This document shows, one piece after another, positions 41,978-52,316 of a stretch of DNA of 64,000 bases; positions within the stretch are counted from its first letter, which is position 1, and every line of letters starts with the position of its first letter. The notes below the pieces were generated by a model. It ran no database searches and had not been told where the DNA came from. It saw only the letters and a program-made list of their open reading frames with translations. The stretch spans positions 96,001-160,000 of the forward strand of contig CAWDPO010000004.1 of the NCBI GenBank assembly GCA_963804165.1. Reading direction: 5' to 3'. This DNA is from an uncultured delta proteobacterium. Its GTDB lineage: Bacteria; Desulfobacterota; Binatia; UBA9968. The translations under genes and the position numbers were made by a program.

Positions 41978-41994
41978 CGCAAAACTAATACCAG
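41978..41994 (-). promoter_or_regulatory. Sigma-54 promoter candidate upstream of exeA/BY-kinase
   Basis: Minus strand CTGGTATTAGTTTTGCG (GG-N10-GC), about 500 bp before the exeA ATG. Confidence 0.5.
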
Positions 41995-42013
41995 TGCAAC
42001 GCGGCGGGTGTAC

Positions 42014-43396
42014 CTATCCCAAATCTTTGAAGGATTCCTTGTGCAGTCCATGCCTCCTCATCTTTCTGTAGAGCGTCTTGTTATCAACCTTCGCTTCAAC
42101 GGCCGTCAAGGAAATAGCGCCCTTATGTTTTATCAAGAGGCTTCTGAGATATTCTTTTTCGCTGCGCAACAGCCACTGCTTAAGGGACAAGTCACCATCG
42201 CCATTGCTGACATAGAGCCGATCAAGGACCCTTTGGGGTGGCGCTGGCAGATCAACGTCTTCAATCAATTCACCTTGGCATTTGACTATAGCGCGCTCGA
42301 GAATATTCTCAAGTTCTCGTATATTTCCGGGCCACCGATACGCGAGCATACAATCGAGGACTTGAGCGCCGACTTGTTTAATTTTTTTCTCTTGCGCGAC
42401 CGGATGTTTACCCAAAATGTGGTTTATTAGAACCGGAAGATCTTCCAATCGTTCACGTAACGGCGGCAGTTGCAGCGGGATTACGTTGATTCGATAGTAA
42501 AAATCTTCGCGCAGCGTTCCGCGAGCTAAACAGATCTTTAAATCCACGTTAGTCGCCGCAACTACTCTCATGTCGACTTTTATCTTACGATTCCCACCCA
42601 GACGCTCAACCTCTCGTTCCTGCAGCACTCTCAAAAGTTTAACTTGCATCGGCGGAGCCATCGTCTCAATTTCGTCGAGGAAAAGAGTTCCCCCGTCAGC
42701 AATTTCGATTTTCCCGGCGCGGCTCTGTACGGCTCCAGTAAATGCACCCTTTTCGTACCCAAACAACTCGCTCTCAAGTAACGTGTCTGGAAACGCCCCG
42801 CAATTGATCGCGACAAATTGTTTTGACTGGCGTCGACTGAGATTATGGATGGCGCGGGCCACCAATTCCTTCCCGGTTCCAGTCTCACCCGTAATCATCA
42901 CTCCGGAATCGGTTTCAGCCAGTGATCTGATGAGGTCGAACACTTTCAGCATCTTCGGGCTCTTGCTGAGAATGTTTTCTAGATGATGTTCCTCATGAAC
43001 CTTTTGGCGAAGCTCCCGAACTTCGTCCAGCAAACGTCGTTTTTCGATGAGTTTTTCGCTTACCAGACGAATCGCCTCAGGTTGAAACGGCTTGGTAATA
43101 TAGTCACTTGCTCCCAGTTTCATCGCTTCCACTGCCTGCTTAATGTTTCCAAAAGCGGTGATTAGGATGACGTCGGTATCGGGGCACTTTTCACGAACGT
43201 GACGCGCCAACTGGAACCCATCCATTCCCGGCATTTTAACGTCGGAAACGACAATCGCAAATTTGTCTTCGGACAGCATCTTTACGCCGTCCTCACCACA
43301 GGACGCAGTCGTAACTCGGAAGCCTTCCTGTTCGTAAAACTGACCCAGCTGTTCCCTCAACCGATCATGGTCTTCGACGATCAAGACATTATACAT
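42014..43396 (-). CDS. NtrC-family sigma-54 response regulator (REC-AAA-HTH)
   Basis: IVEDH, SDVKMP, GETGTGKE, GAFTGA, WPGNIREL and TLYRKM. Confidence 0.96.
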   Translation of the reverse strand: MYNVLIVEDHDRLREQLGQFYEQEGFRVTTASCGEDGVKMLSEDKFAIVVSDVKMPGMDGFQLARHVREKCPDTDVILITAFGNIKQAVEAMKLGASDYITKPFQPEAIRLVSEKLIEKRRLLDEVRELRQKVHEEHHLENILSKSPKMLKVFDLIRSLAETDSGVMITGETGTGKELVARAIHNLSRRQSKQFVAINCGAFPDTLLESELFGYEKGAFTGAVQSRAGKIEIADGGTLFLDEIETMAPPMQVKLLRVLQEREVERLGGNRKIKVDMRVVAATNVDLKICLARGTLREDFYYRINVIPLQLPPLRERLEDLPVLINHILGKHPVAQEKKIKQVGAQVLDCMLAYRWPGNIRELENILERAIVKCQGELIEDVDLPAPPQRVLDRLYVSNGDGDLSLKQWLLRSEKEYLRSLLIKHKGAISLTAVEAKVDNKTLYRKMRRHGLHKESFKDLG

Positions 43397-43438
43397 AACG
43401 GACGATGTTCACCCTCTGAATTTGATCTCTCGCTGGGA

Positions 43439-44551
43439 TCACTTAACCGATTCACTCACGGGGAGCGCTATTTCGACTCGTGTCCCGCAGCCCTCGTTAC
43501 TCGAAATATTCAAGAGTCCCCCGTGTATTTCCAAGATGCGAATTGCCATGCTGAGCCCAAGTCCATTCCTATCTCGTTTGGAGCTGAAAAAAGGCGCCGA
43601 GGCCTTAGCTAACGTCTCTTTTCCCATACCGATTCCGGTATCCACAATGCAGACCCGGACAATCGATTGTGACGTCGCAGCAAATCTCTCCTTTCGGGCG
43701 TCGATGATCACTTGATCGGCGCTTCTTGTCGCATCGAGGGCGTTTTGGATGAGCGAACTCAATGCAAGTTCGAGGAGAAACGGATCTCCCGAAACCCCCG
43801 CTCCGTCAAGCGATTCGTCGACGAGGGCTTTAAACGACACTTTTTTTTCCAAAAATAGTGGGCGCGCGGATTCGGTGACTGAACGAAGTATTTCACCAAT
43901 TTCCACAGCCGATAAGTAAACTGGAGCTTGGGTGTAGTGTGAAAAAGAACGTGTGAATTCGACGGCCCTGTCAACCGTGTCTTGGAGCGACTGTATCTCA
44001 TCGCTCGATGCTCCACTCCGTCTGAGGGAGCCAATCAGAAGATTAATCAACTGGAAATGATTTCCGATTTTGTGAATGAATTGGGAAATAACAGCGGTAT
44101 CGAGAGATCGGACCCGAGCGTCCCGCAGGAGCGGCGTAATAGAACCATGGATGCGAACGTCGTCGTTTATTTCCACCTTTCGAAAACTATGCGATACCCA
44201 TACGGGGAACCCCTGATCGTCAAGGAGTCTGTGATCCTCCGACGCTACCTCCCCTCCATGGAGTTGCTCCAGTCGCGCTATTAGCCGCTGACGATCTTCT
44301 TGACTAAGCCGGTTTTCCCAAAGCGAGCGGTTATCCTGTAAAGATTCCGGCTGAATGCCGATGAGGTCGAAAACGTTTGGCGAGATGACTCTGATCGTGA
44401 AGTCCGAGGTAGACTCATAGGTTACGCAAGGAAGGGAGGCCAAGAACTCGCTCATTTTACTGTACGCGCCTCGGAGGGATGACCCCATCAGTTGTTTCTT
44501 TTGGCTCCTCGGCCCTGAAGCACGAGCAAATGGTATCTTCAACCGCAGCAC
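43439..44551 (-). CDS. Cytoplasmic PAS-histidine kinase
   Basis: PAS_3-like segment, atypical H-box FIHKIGN, QNALDA, DTGIGM, PFFSSK and GLGLS. Start may be later. Confidence 0.85.
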   Translation of the reverse strand: MLRLKIPFARASGPRSQKKQLMGSSLRGAYSKMSEFLASLPCVTYESTSDFTIRVISPNVFDLIGIQPESLQDNRSLWENRLSQEDRQRLIARLEQLHGGEVASEDHRLLDDQGFPVWVSHSFRKVEINDDVRIHGSITPLLRDARVRSLDTAVISQFIHKIGNHFQLINLLIGSLRRSGASSDEIQSLQDTVDRAVEFTRSFSHYTQAPVYLSAVEIGEILRSVTESARPLFLEKKVSFKALVDESLDGAGVSGDPFLLELALSSLIQNALDATRSADQVIIDARKERFAATSQSIVRVCIVDTGIGMGKETLAKASAPFFSSKRDRNGLGLSMAIRILEIHGGLLNISSNEGCGTRVEIALPVSESVK

Positions 44552-45258
44552 ACGATAGGATTTCGGTCAATCCGATCCCCCATTGCAGAAAAATCTTTTA
44601 ATTACAATTCACCTGGCATTTTTGCCATATTATGCGGTGCATTTCAAGAAATTTGTTACCGGCCGTTGAGTTTCATGCGCTCAGATCGACACGTGACTGC
44701 CATCGGTAAGTAACGAAAATAACTTATTTTACTCTAACTGCTTCCAAAAGACTCCTTGACGCCTCAAAGACTTCGGCAAACGAGTTTATATATTCGTACC
44801 GTTTCGGTTTGAGGTTTACCAAATGACCCCATAATGGTCCCGTATTAGATAAGGCTCCGTCGTTCTCCAAAGTCACTGCGGACCAAGGACCAGTCAAACT
44901 ATCCGGAATTGCACGGGTTATATATCCTGAACAGCCTCGGGACATTCTCGTGAGACTCGTAGGGCACAAGTGACCTTGAGCTTGTCAATCGTTCGTGAAA
45001 TCATCTCATCACCGGGTGTATTGTATTCGTTCAGCAACTAGAGAATCCGCCATTTGCGCCTCGACAAGCGTCCTCAATAAGCTCTCCTGCATTGAACGCC
45101 TAAGCCGTTATTTATTCGTTGAGTTCCCGTTATTCTTTCAATTAGAAAAATTAACTAGATAAGATACCGTGTTTGGAATATGGCCAACGAAATCAACTTC
45201 GCAAATAAACAAAAAGCGATCAACAGTATTAATTTTAGCAATGGGGGGAATAAACACC

Positions 45259-45275
45259 TTGGCACGTGACTTGCG
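45259..45275 (+). promoter_or_regulatory. Sigma-54 promoter
   Basis: TTGGCACGTGACTTGCG, matching consensus TGGCACG-N4-TTGC, 40 bp before ATG 45315. Confidence 0.85.
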
Positions 45276-45314
45276 CAATCCGAAGGGAAATTTAACTATT
45301 TTCCACGTATCACC

Positions 45315-45827
45315 ATGACAGAGACTCCTGAGTTAGTACGCTCCCCCGCAGGGAACTTGGTTCCCTCAGGTTCTTTCCAACTTTACCGGGCGACTAAGAT
45401 CAGACGCCATCTGAGCGTGGATGACCTCGTCTCAAGCATGCCACTGGTGATCCGACGAAACTTTTTGGCCGGCGGTATTATTAAATCGTTGACCGGCATG
45501 CTTGGGCGCTCCGTAGTCATAATTGCAGAAAGCCGGGGGTTATTTTTTTCTCGACATATCTGCCCCAATGATGATGGCGCTGGGGAAGTCGCCGTGCCGC
45601 GGCTTGATCACTCGAAAACAATCGCATCCCTAAGCAATCTCGGATGCGGCATCCGTCCTGAGCGATCGGGCAGCCACTTCGCTCCTTCAGACTGCCAAGG
45701 AATGAGGCTTGGGGCGCACGGCCTGTGCCTGACTCGATCGGTCATCAAAGTCCACGCAGGACGGGTTCATATTGAAACTCATTTCAATGCCGACATCAAA
45801 TTATACTCTTGTCTTCCCATTCTCTAA
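45315..45827 (+). CDS. Hypothetical protein resembling a degenerate HATPase_c domain
   Basis: SNLGCGI and HGLCLTRSVIKVHAGRVHIE...LP echo the G1 and G2 boxes and the HGG motif, but key residues are lost. Confidence 0.5.
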   Translation: MTETPELVRSPAGNLVPSGSFQLYRATKIRRHLSVDDLVSSMPLVIRRNFLAGGIIKSLTGMLGRSVVIIAESRGLFFSRHICPNDDGAGEVAVPRLDHSKTIASLSNLGCGIRPERSGSHFAPSDCQGMRLGAHGLCLTRSVIKVHAGRVHIETHFNADIKLYSCLPIL

Positions 45828-45844
45828 TCGAAAAGGAAAGCAAA

Positions 45845-47251
45845 ATGGTGAATCACAAAATTCTTCTCGTCGATGACGAAGAGAACATTCTGAAACACAT
45901 GCGTTCGGCACTGGAACCGGACTACCAAGTGCTCACGAGTTCGATGGAAGGCGAGGCCAGGTGCATGTTCGAAGCGGAAAAACCGGCGGTCGTTACATTG
46001 GACCTTGCGTTGGATCCGCACAATCCGGCTGATCTCGGCGGGATGCGTCTGCTCGAACACTTTCTTTTCAAAGAACCGTCGACGCGCGCTATTGTCGTCA
46101 CCGGCAATGACAATGATCAAAATGCCCTCCGTGCGGTACGACTAGGCGCGTTCGATTACTACGCTAAGCCCGTTCGGCTCGAAGAACTCAAAGTCATGAT
46201 CAAACGCGCATGTTACATCCATGAATTGCACCGGCGCGCGCACCAAGACGTTCAAACCGTTGGGGATGGATTTCTCGGCATGGTTGGAAGATCAAAGAAA
46301 ATGAAAGACATCTTTCGTTTTACCGAGCGTGTTGCCGCGTCGGATATCTCTGTTTTGATCTGCGGGGAAAGCGGAACCGGCAAAGAAGTTGTCGCCCGCG
46401 CGATTCATTTTCAAAGTCAACGAAAGAACAATCCCTTTGTCGTCGTCAATTGCGGCGCCATTCCCGAAAACCTCTTAGAAAGTGAATTGTTCGGTTACGA
46501 AAAAGGCGCCTTCACGGGCGCCCATGCACAGAAACTGGGGAAATTTGAACTTGCGCACAGCGGCACGTTGTTTCTCGATGAAGTTGGCGAACTTGCCCGA
46601 CCGCTTCAAGTCAAACTTCTTCGCTTTCTGCAAGATAGAAAGATCGAGAGAGTTGGCGGAACGCGGTCCATCGACCTCGATGTCCGAATTATTGCAGCGA
46701 CCAATCGCGATCTCAAAAAGGACATGGAAAACCATTTATTCCGTGAGGATCTTTACTATCGATTGAAAGTCGTACCGCTCGATATGCCGCCGCTTCGGGA
46801 ACGCAAGGAAGATATCATTCCCCTGGCAAAACATTTTCTAAGACAATTATGCAAAGATCACCGCAAGCCTCCCATCACCCTTTCGCCTGAAGCGGAAGGT
46901 GGGCTATTGGCGTATGCGTGGCCTGGCAACGTTCGCGAGCTCGAAAATCTGATTAGCCGCGCGGTCGTTCTGAGTCCTCGTTCCGTTCTCAAGCCGACCG
47001 ACTTGGGGTTTGCGTTGGATCAAACTCCGACGGACGTTAACCTAAAGTTTGCAAAAAGAGCCATCGAGATGGATTTCGTGAAAAAAGCCCTCCGGCGACA
47101 CGGTGGTGTCATTAGCCGTGCGGCGCGCGAACTAGGCATCAGCCGCATGAACCTCTACGAACTCATGGAGAGATACGACATTCGGGTTCAGGAATTCAAA
47201 ATGATAAAAGCGGGAACGCAACCCTCCATCGGGACACGGGAGGTTTCGTAA
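45845..47251 (+). CDS. prsR: PEP-CTERM-box-type sigma-54 response regulator (PrsR-like)
   Basis: PAVVTLDLAL.P, IVVTGND...NALRAV.LGAFDYYAKP, GESGTGKE, GAFTGA and HTH. Confidence 0.8.
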   Translation: MVNHKILLVDDEENILKHMRSALEPDYQVLTSSMEGEARCMFEAEKPAVVTLDLALDPHNPADLGGMRLLEHFLFKEPSTRAIVVTGNDNDQNALRAVRLGAFDYYAKPVRLEELKVMIKRACYIHELHRRAHQDVQTVGDGFLGMVGRSKKMKDIFRFTERVAASDISVLICGESGTGKEVVARAIHFQSQRKNNPFVVVNCGAIPENLLESELFGYEKGAFTGAHAQKLGKFELAHSGTLFLDEVGELARPLQVKLLRFLQDRKIERVGGTRSIDLDVRIIAATNRDLKKDMENHLFREDLYYRLKVVPLDMPPLRERKEDIIPLAKHFLRQLCKDHRKPPITLSPEAEGGLLAYAWPGNVRELENLISRAVVLSPRSVLKPTDLGFALDQTPTDVNLKFAKRAIEMDFVKKALRRHGGVISRAARELGISRMNLYELMERYDIRVQEFKMIKAGTQPSIGTREVS

Positions 47252-47252
47252 C

Positions 47253-47592
47253 TTGAACGGGTTAAAAACCAAGCTCGAAGCTCAAGAGGCGACGGCGGTG
47301 GTGATCGGACTCGGTTATGTCGGATTGCCCCTGGCCATGGAGATCGCAGCAGCTGGTTTTAGAGTGATCGGGATCGATCCGACGCCACTAAAATGACCAC
47401 ACTCAAACAAGGCAAATCTTATATTTTAGACGTCCCCCGAGAGCCGCATCGTCGAGGCCGTTCAAACCCAGCAATTTAGGCCGACTTCGGTTTTTGGCGC
47501 ACTCGCCAACGCCGACACCGTTAGCATTTGTGTACCCACGCCGTTAAGCAAGAGCCGCGATCCGGATATTTCATTCATCCTTTCCGCCACTG
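47253..47592 (+). pseudogene. Truncated nucleotide-sugar dehydrogenase (WecC/WbpA/Ugd family), N-terminal part only
   Basis: TTG 47253 gives VVIGLGYVGLPLA..IAAAGFRVIGID, GKSYILDVP and ICVPTPLSKSRDPDISFI. Homology then stops, less than 200 bp from the convergent secA stop. Confidence 0.85.
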
Positions 47593-47784
47593 CTGGAGCG
47601 CGGCACAAGGATAGCCGAACGCATCCGAACTGCGGCTCTGATTTCGCTCGAGGAAAAGAACATTTTGCAAACTATTTGCGGCGTTGCCGCATGGCTGACG
47701 ACGCGGTGGGAGGAAGGTACCCGAGAGCTCAGTGTCCCTACGTTAGATCCACCGCTTTGGGAGGTTAACCGACTGTAAGGGTTT

Positions 47785-50700
47785 TCACTTGCCGTGACAC
47801 CGTTTGTATTTCTTGCCACTGCCGCACGGGCAGGGATCGTTGCGACCGACCTTCTCACCGTCGCGTTTGGCTGGGCCGCTCGGGCGTTCAGGCACCGCCT
47901 CTTCGCCGTGGCTCAATACCATGCGTTGTGGTCGAGGCTGCTCGATCTCGATTTCCCGCGCAACGCTTTCTCGTGCTAGTTCCACCGTGAACAATTTTTG
48001 TACGACGTCTTCTTCTTTTCGGCGTACCATCTCTTCGAACATGTCGAATCCCTCTTTCTGATACTCCTGGAGCGGATTCTTTTGCCCGTAGCCGCGCAAA
48101 CCAATGCCCTCTTTGAGATGATCCATGTTTAGAAGATGATCTTTCCACAGACTGTCGATGGTTTGCAGCATAATGATTTTTTCCAATTGCCGGAGCATCG
48201 GCTCGCCAAAACGTTTTTCCTTATCTTCGTAAGTTTGCAGCACCCGCTGGTGTGCCGTTTCCGATAGACCTTCCGTCGACAATGACTCTTCTTCTCCGGC
48301 TTTAAACTCCAAACGAAGATTAAACTGATGATAAAACGCTTCGCCTAAACCTGCGAGATCCCATTCGGACGGATGAAGCTCTTTGTCCGAGTATCGTCCA
48401 ACAATATCCTCAACAAGATCCTCGGCCATTTCGAGCACCTGCTCTTTCGAGGCCTCGCCTTTCAACACATCCCGCCTTTGGTTGTAGACAACCTCCCGTT
48501 GCTTGTTGAGCACGTCATCGTACTCCAAAAGATGTTTACGAATATCGAAGTTGTGTCCTTCAACCTTCTTTTGAGCATTTTCGATGGCACGAGTTACCAA
48601 TCCATGCTCGATGGGTACACCTTCCTCCATGCCGAGCCGGCTCATAATACCCTGAATCCGATCCGCGCCAAAAATTCGCATCAGATCGTCTTCCAAAGAC
48701 AGATAAAAACGCGACGAGCCGGGATCGCCCTGCCGGCCTGCGCGGCCGCGCAGCTGATTATCGATGCGCCGGCTTTCGTGACGCTCCGTGCCTAGAATAT
48801 GCAATCCCCCAGCGGCGATAACGCGATCCTTTTCCTCACTGCACACCTTGTTGTAGTTTTCCAAGATTTCACTAAATCGCTGGCGATTTTGGTCCGGGGC
48901 TTTATCCAACTCTTCTCGAACCTGTTCGACCATGCGAAGATATTCCTGCCGTTTCGCTTCGTAGTATTGCTGCGCGGCCTGTATCGACTCCTCGTACGGC
49001 ACTCGGATTTCTTCGCAGCGGGCTTCAGCTTCCTCAAAAGCACGATGAGCCTCATCGTATTCTGTAATGACGGCGGCGTGTTCCCCGTCGGCAAGCGCGG
49101 CGCGGGCGTTTTCAAACTCCAGATCAATCAGGCGCTGCTCGTAAATTCGGCGTTTCTCATCGAGCGCTTCGATCAGAGCTTCGCGCTCACCGTTGTTTTG
49201 TTGCCAGCGTTCCAATGCCGCAGTAAATCCGTCCCTTGCTTCGTCGAATTCGCCGGCGGTCTCGGCATCGGTGCCGCGAGATGCATTGAGAACCGCGGCT
49301 TCGAGCGCCTCTTTACTGCGCAGATATCCTTCAGGAATCGGACGCATATTATGAAGTGCTTCGATCAGTTGCGTCGCTGAAAGATCCTCGTAACGCTCGC
49401 GCGCCTCGCGAAAAGGTGAAATCCCGCGGATCTCACGCTGAAGTTCCGTGGTTCGCTTTAACGCTTCGCCGCGTTTTTGATCGAAAACCTCTCCATCCTT
49501 CAGATACTTTTGTTCCGCGCGCTGCACCTCTTCTTCGTATTTTTCTCTAAGTTCGCGCAGGGCGTCTTCGTAGCGCGCTGCGCCTTGAATCGGCAGTTTT
49601 GCCGCGCGGCTGATCCATTCGTTTTCCATATCCGAGCGCGCAAGAAATTCCGGATTGCCGCCGAGCAAGATATCCGTGCCCCGTCCCGCCATGTTGGTCG
49701 CGATGGTCACCGCGGCGAACCTGCCCGCCTGAGCGATTATGCTCGCCTCGGCTTCATGGTTCACCGCATTCAAAACGTTGTGCTTGATGCCTTTCTTTTT
49801 GAGCATGCGTGAGATCCGCTCGGATTTGGCCACCGAAGTCGTGCCGACCAATATGGGTTGTCCCTTCTTGCTTCGCTCTTCGATTTCCTGGACGACCGCG
49901 TCGTATTTTTCATTGTCGGTGCGATAGACCACGTCCGGAAGATCCTGACGCACCATCGCGCGATGAGTCGGGATGACAACAACATCCAGTTTATAGATTT
50001 TTTTGAACTCGGGAGCCTCCGTGTCCGCGGTCCCAGTCATGCCGGCCAGCTTCTTGTACATGCGAAAATAATTTTGAATCGTGATCGTTGCCAGCGTCTG
50101 GTTTTCTTCCCGAATATGCACGCGCTCCTTGGCTTCGACCGCCTGATGCAATCCGTCCGACCAGCGCCGCCCCGGCATCAATCTACCGGTGAATTCGTCG
50201 ACAATGATCACCTCTCCGTCCTTCACCACATAGTCGACGTCACGCTTGAAAATCGCGTGCGCCTTGAGCGCCTGCTGCACGTGGTGCAAGGTATCAATCT
50301 GGCGCGGATCGTAGAGATTGTGTACGCCGAGCAAACGCTCCACCTTCGCCACGCCACCTTCCGTCAACGTGACCGCGCGGCTTTTTTCGTCAACCGTATA
50401 ATCGCCCTTGGCGTCGATCGCAGCGCGGTCCTCCTGGGATGGGTCGCCCTGGATTACCGCACCCCTTTGCAGTTTCGGAATGATACGATCGATGACGTAG
50501 TACTTATCCGTGGATTCCTCCGCTGGCCCGGAAATGATCAGCGGGGTTCGCGCTTCATCGATGAGGATATTATCGACCTCGTCCACCACGGCGTAATTGA
50601 GTTCCCGTTGGACATACTCTTCCAGCGAGAACTTCATGTTGTCGCGCAGATAATCAAAGCCAAATTCGTTATTGGTGCCGTAGGTGATATCTGCGAGGTA

Positions 50701-51381
50701 CGCTTCCTGGCGGCTGATCGGGCGCAAGTTGAGATAACGATAATCCTGAGTAATAAATGTCGGGTCGAAAAGATAACTCGCTTCGTGCACGATGGACGCG
50801 GTCGACAACCCCAACTTGTGGAATATCGGCCCCATCCACTGGACGTCACGCCGAGCTAGATAGTCGTTCACGGTGATCAGGTGAACGCCGCGACCCGTTA
50901 AAGCATTCAAGTAAAGCGCCAGAGTCGCCACGAGAGTTTTGCCTTCGCCGGTTTTCATCTCGGCGATCTTGCCCTCGTGAAGCACGACCCCGCCGATCAT
51001 TTGCACGTCGAAATGGCGCAGTCCGATCGTGCGCCGCGAAGCCTCGCGCACAGCCGCGAACGCTTCCGCGAGAAGGTCTTCGAGAACCTCAGCCTCTTTC
51101 TCGCGTAATTGCTTATCGATCTCTTCGATCTGTGTTTTGATCTCGTCGCGGCGATCCGGTTCCGCGTTTACGCCTTCGACACGCGCTTCCTCGAGATCCC
51201 TTTTCAAGTTCGCGGTAGCTTCGGAAAGACGCGCCTTAAACTGGTCCGTTCTTGCCTTCAGTTCTGCATCGGTGAACCGCTGACAATCAGACTCCCACTT
51301 GTTGATGTTTTCGACGTAAGGACGAATCCGCTTGATTTCTCGGTCGTTCTTGGTGCCGATGATTTTTTTTATCCAATCCAT
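47785..51381 (-). CDS. secA: Protein translocase ATPase SecA with large helical insertion
   Basis: [59 protein letters not shown] and [18 protein letters not shown]. Confidence 0.99.
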   Translation of the reverse strand: MDWIKKIIGTKNDREIKRIRPYVENINKWESDCQRFTDAELKARTDQFKARLSEATANLKRDLEEARVEGVNAEPDRRDEIKTQIEEIDKQLREKEAEVLEDLLAEAFAAVREASRRTIGLRHFDVQMIGGVVLHEGKIAEMKTGEGKTLVATLALYLNALTGRGVHLITVNDYLARRDVQWMGPIFHKLGLSTASIVHEASYLFDPTFITQDYRYLNLRPISRQEAYLADITYGTNNEFGFDYLRDNMKFSLEEYVQRELNYAVVDEVDNILIDEARTPLIISGPAEESTDKYYVIDRIIPKLQRGAVIQGDPSQEDRAAIDAKGDYTVDEKSRAVTLTEGGVAKVERLLGVHNLYDPRQIDTLHHVQQALKAHAIFKRDVDYVVKDGEVIIVDEFTGRLMPGRRWSDGLHQAVEAKERVHIREENQTLATITIQNYFRMYKKLAGMTGTADTEAPEFKKIYKLDVVVIPTHRAMVRQDLPDVVYRTDNEKYDAVVQEIEERSKKGQPILVGTTSVAKSERISRMLKKKGIKHNVLNAVNHEAEASIIAQAGRFAAVTIATNMAGRGTDILLGGNPEFLARSDMENEWISRAAKLPIQGAARYEDALRELREKYEEEVQRAEQKYLKDGEVFDQKRGEALKRTTELQREIRGISPFREARERYEDLSATQLIEALHNMRPIPEGYLRSKEALEAAVLNASRGTDAETAGEFDEARDGFTAALERWQQNNGEREALIEALDEKRRIYEQRLIDLEFENARAALADGEHAAVITEYDEAHRAFEEAEARCEEIRVPYEESIQAAQQYYEAKRQEYLRMVEQVREELDKAPDQNRQRFSEILENYNKVCSEEKDRVIAAGGLHILGTERHESRRIDNQLRGRAGRQGDPGSSRFYLSLEDDLMRIFGADRIQGIMSRLGMEEGVPIEHGLVTRAIENAQKKVEGHNFDIRKHLLEYDDVLNKQREVVYNQRRDVLKGEASKEQVLEMAEDLVEDIVGRYSDKELHPSEWDLAGLGEAFYHQFNLRLEFKAGEEESLSTEGLSETAHQRVLQTYEDKEKRFGEPMLRQLEKIIMLQTIDSLWKDHLLNMDHLKEGIGLRGYGQKNPLQEYQKEGFDMFEEMVRRKEEDVVQKLFTVELARESVAREIEIEQPRPQRMVLSHGEEAVPERPSGPAKRDGEKVGRNDPCPCGSGKKYKRCHGK

Positions 51382-51505
51382 AAAGCGCTGAATGTTCTCC
51401 TGCTTGCTTTGCGACGGAGAAGGAATCGATTTAGCTAGAGAATATCAAAATACATGATTCCGCCATGCACTTAAAGGCATTCTTGAGGAACGAAATTCAA
51501 CGCCG

Positions 51506-52306
51506 TCAACGTTCAATGCGCACCGCCGACTCGACTTTCTCGCCGAGAAAGCGCCGGCCGACTTTAATGAAGCGGTCGGGTGCGTCGGTGACAAAAAAGC
51601 TATGTGTCCCTTTGCCGTTTTTTCTCAAGATCGATTTCCTTTTTAGAACCGACTCCACCACTTTGGCGGTTTCCTCGGCAGAATCGACCAGGCGCACGCC
51701 GCTGCCCATGAACTTTCGAATCGCTTTCTTCAATAACGGATAATGCGTGCAGCCCAGTATCAGCGTGTCGATCCCGCTTTGCTTAAAACTCTGCAGGTAG
51801 GCCTTGGCCGTCATCTCGACCACGTCGTTGTCTGTCCAACCTTCCTCGACTAACGGCACGAATAGCGGACAGGCTCGACTGTAGACTTCAATGGCCGGAT
51901 TCACCGCTTTGAGGGCATGCGTGTAAGCTCCGCTTTGAATCGTCGCTTCCGTACCGATGACGCCGATCTTTTTATTTTTCGTGCTTCTGACCGCACGCCG
52001 CACTCCCGGCTCGATCACGCCGATCACTGGAACCGCCAAGCGCTCTATTAATCGATTCAACGCGATGGCCGTTGATGTGTTGCACGCAATGACGACAACC
52101 TTGACGCCCTTTTCAACGAGGAATTCGCTATTTTCGAAAGAATAGCGCAACACCGTTTCCACTGATTTCGTACCGTACGGCGCCCGTGCGGTATCCCCCA
52201 AATAGACTGTGTTTTCCCGTGGCAAAGCTTCGATGATCTGGTGCAACACCGTGAGACCGCCGATTCCCGAGTCAAAGACACCGATCGCGCTGTCCTTGTT
52301 CAGCAT
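51506..52306 (-). CDS. murI: Glutamate racemase
   Basis: FDSGIGGLTV, PYGTKS, IACNTS and LGCTHYP. Confidence 0.98.
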   Translation of the reverse strand: MLNKDSAIGVFDSGIGGLTVLHQIIEALPRENTVYLGDTARAPYGTKSVETVLRYSFENSEFLVEKGVKVVVIACNTSTAIALNRLIERLAVPVIGVIEPGVRRAVRSTKNKKIGVIGTEATIQSGAYTHALKAVNPAIEVYSRACPLFVPLVEEGWTDNDVVEMTAKAYLQSFKQSGIDTLILGCTHYPLLKKAIRKFMGSGVRLVDSAEETAKVVESVLKRKSILRKNGKGTHSFFVTDAPDRFIKVGRRFLGEKVESAVRIER

Positions 52307-52316
52307 TTTTTGACTA

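Noticed and set aside
44724-44969. 81-aa ORF in an AT-rich intergenic region
   Set aside because: No recognisable motif or clear RBS; probably spurious.
48840-49640. SecA insertion as an intein
   Set aside because: No Cys/Ser start with His-Asn end and no homing-endonuclease motif; composition is coiled-coil-like.
49858-50859. Long antisense ORFs (this 333-aa one, also 2814-3485, 4043-4663 and 18870-19550)
   Set aside because: Shadows of well-supported genes on the opposite strand.
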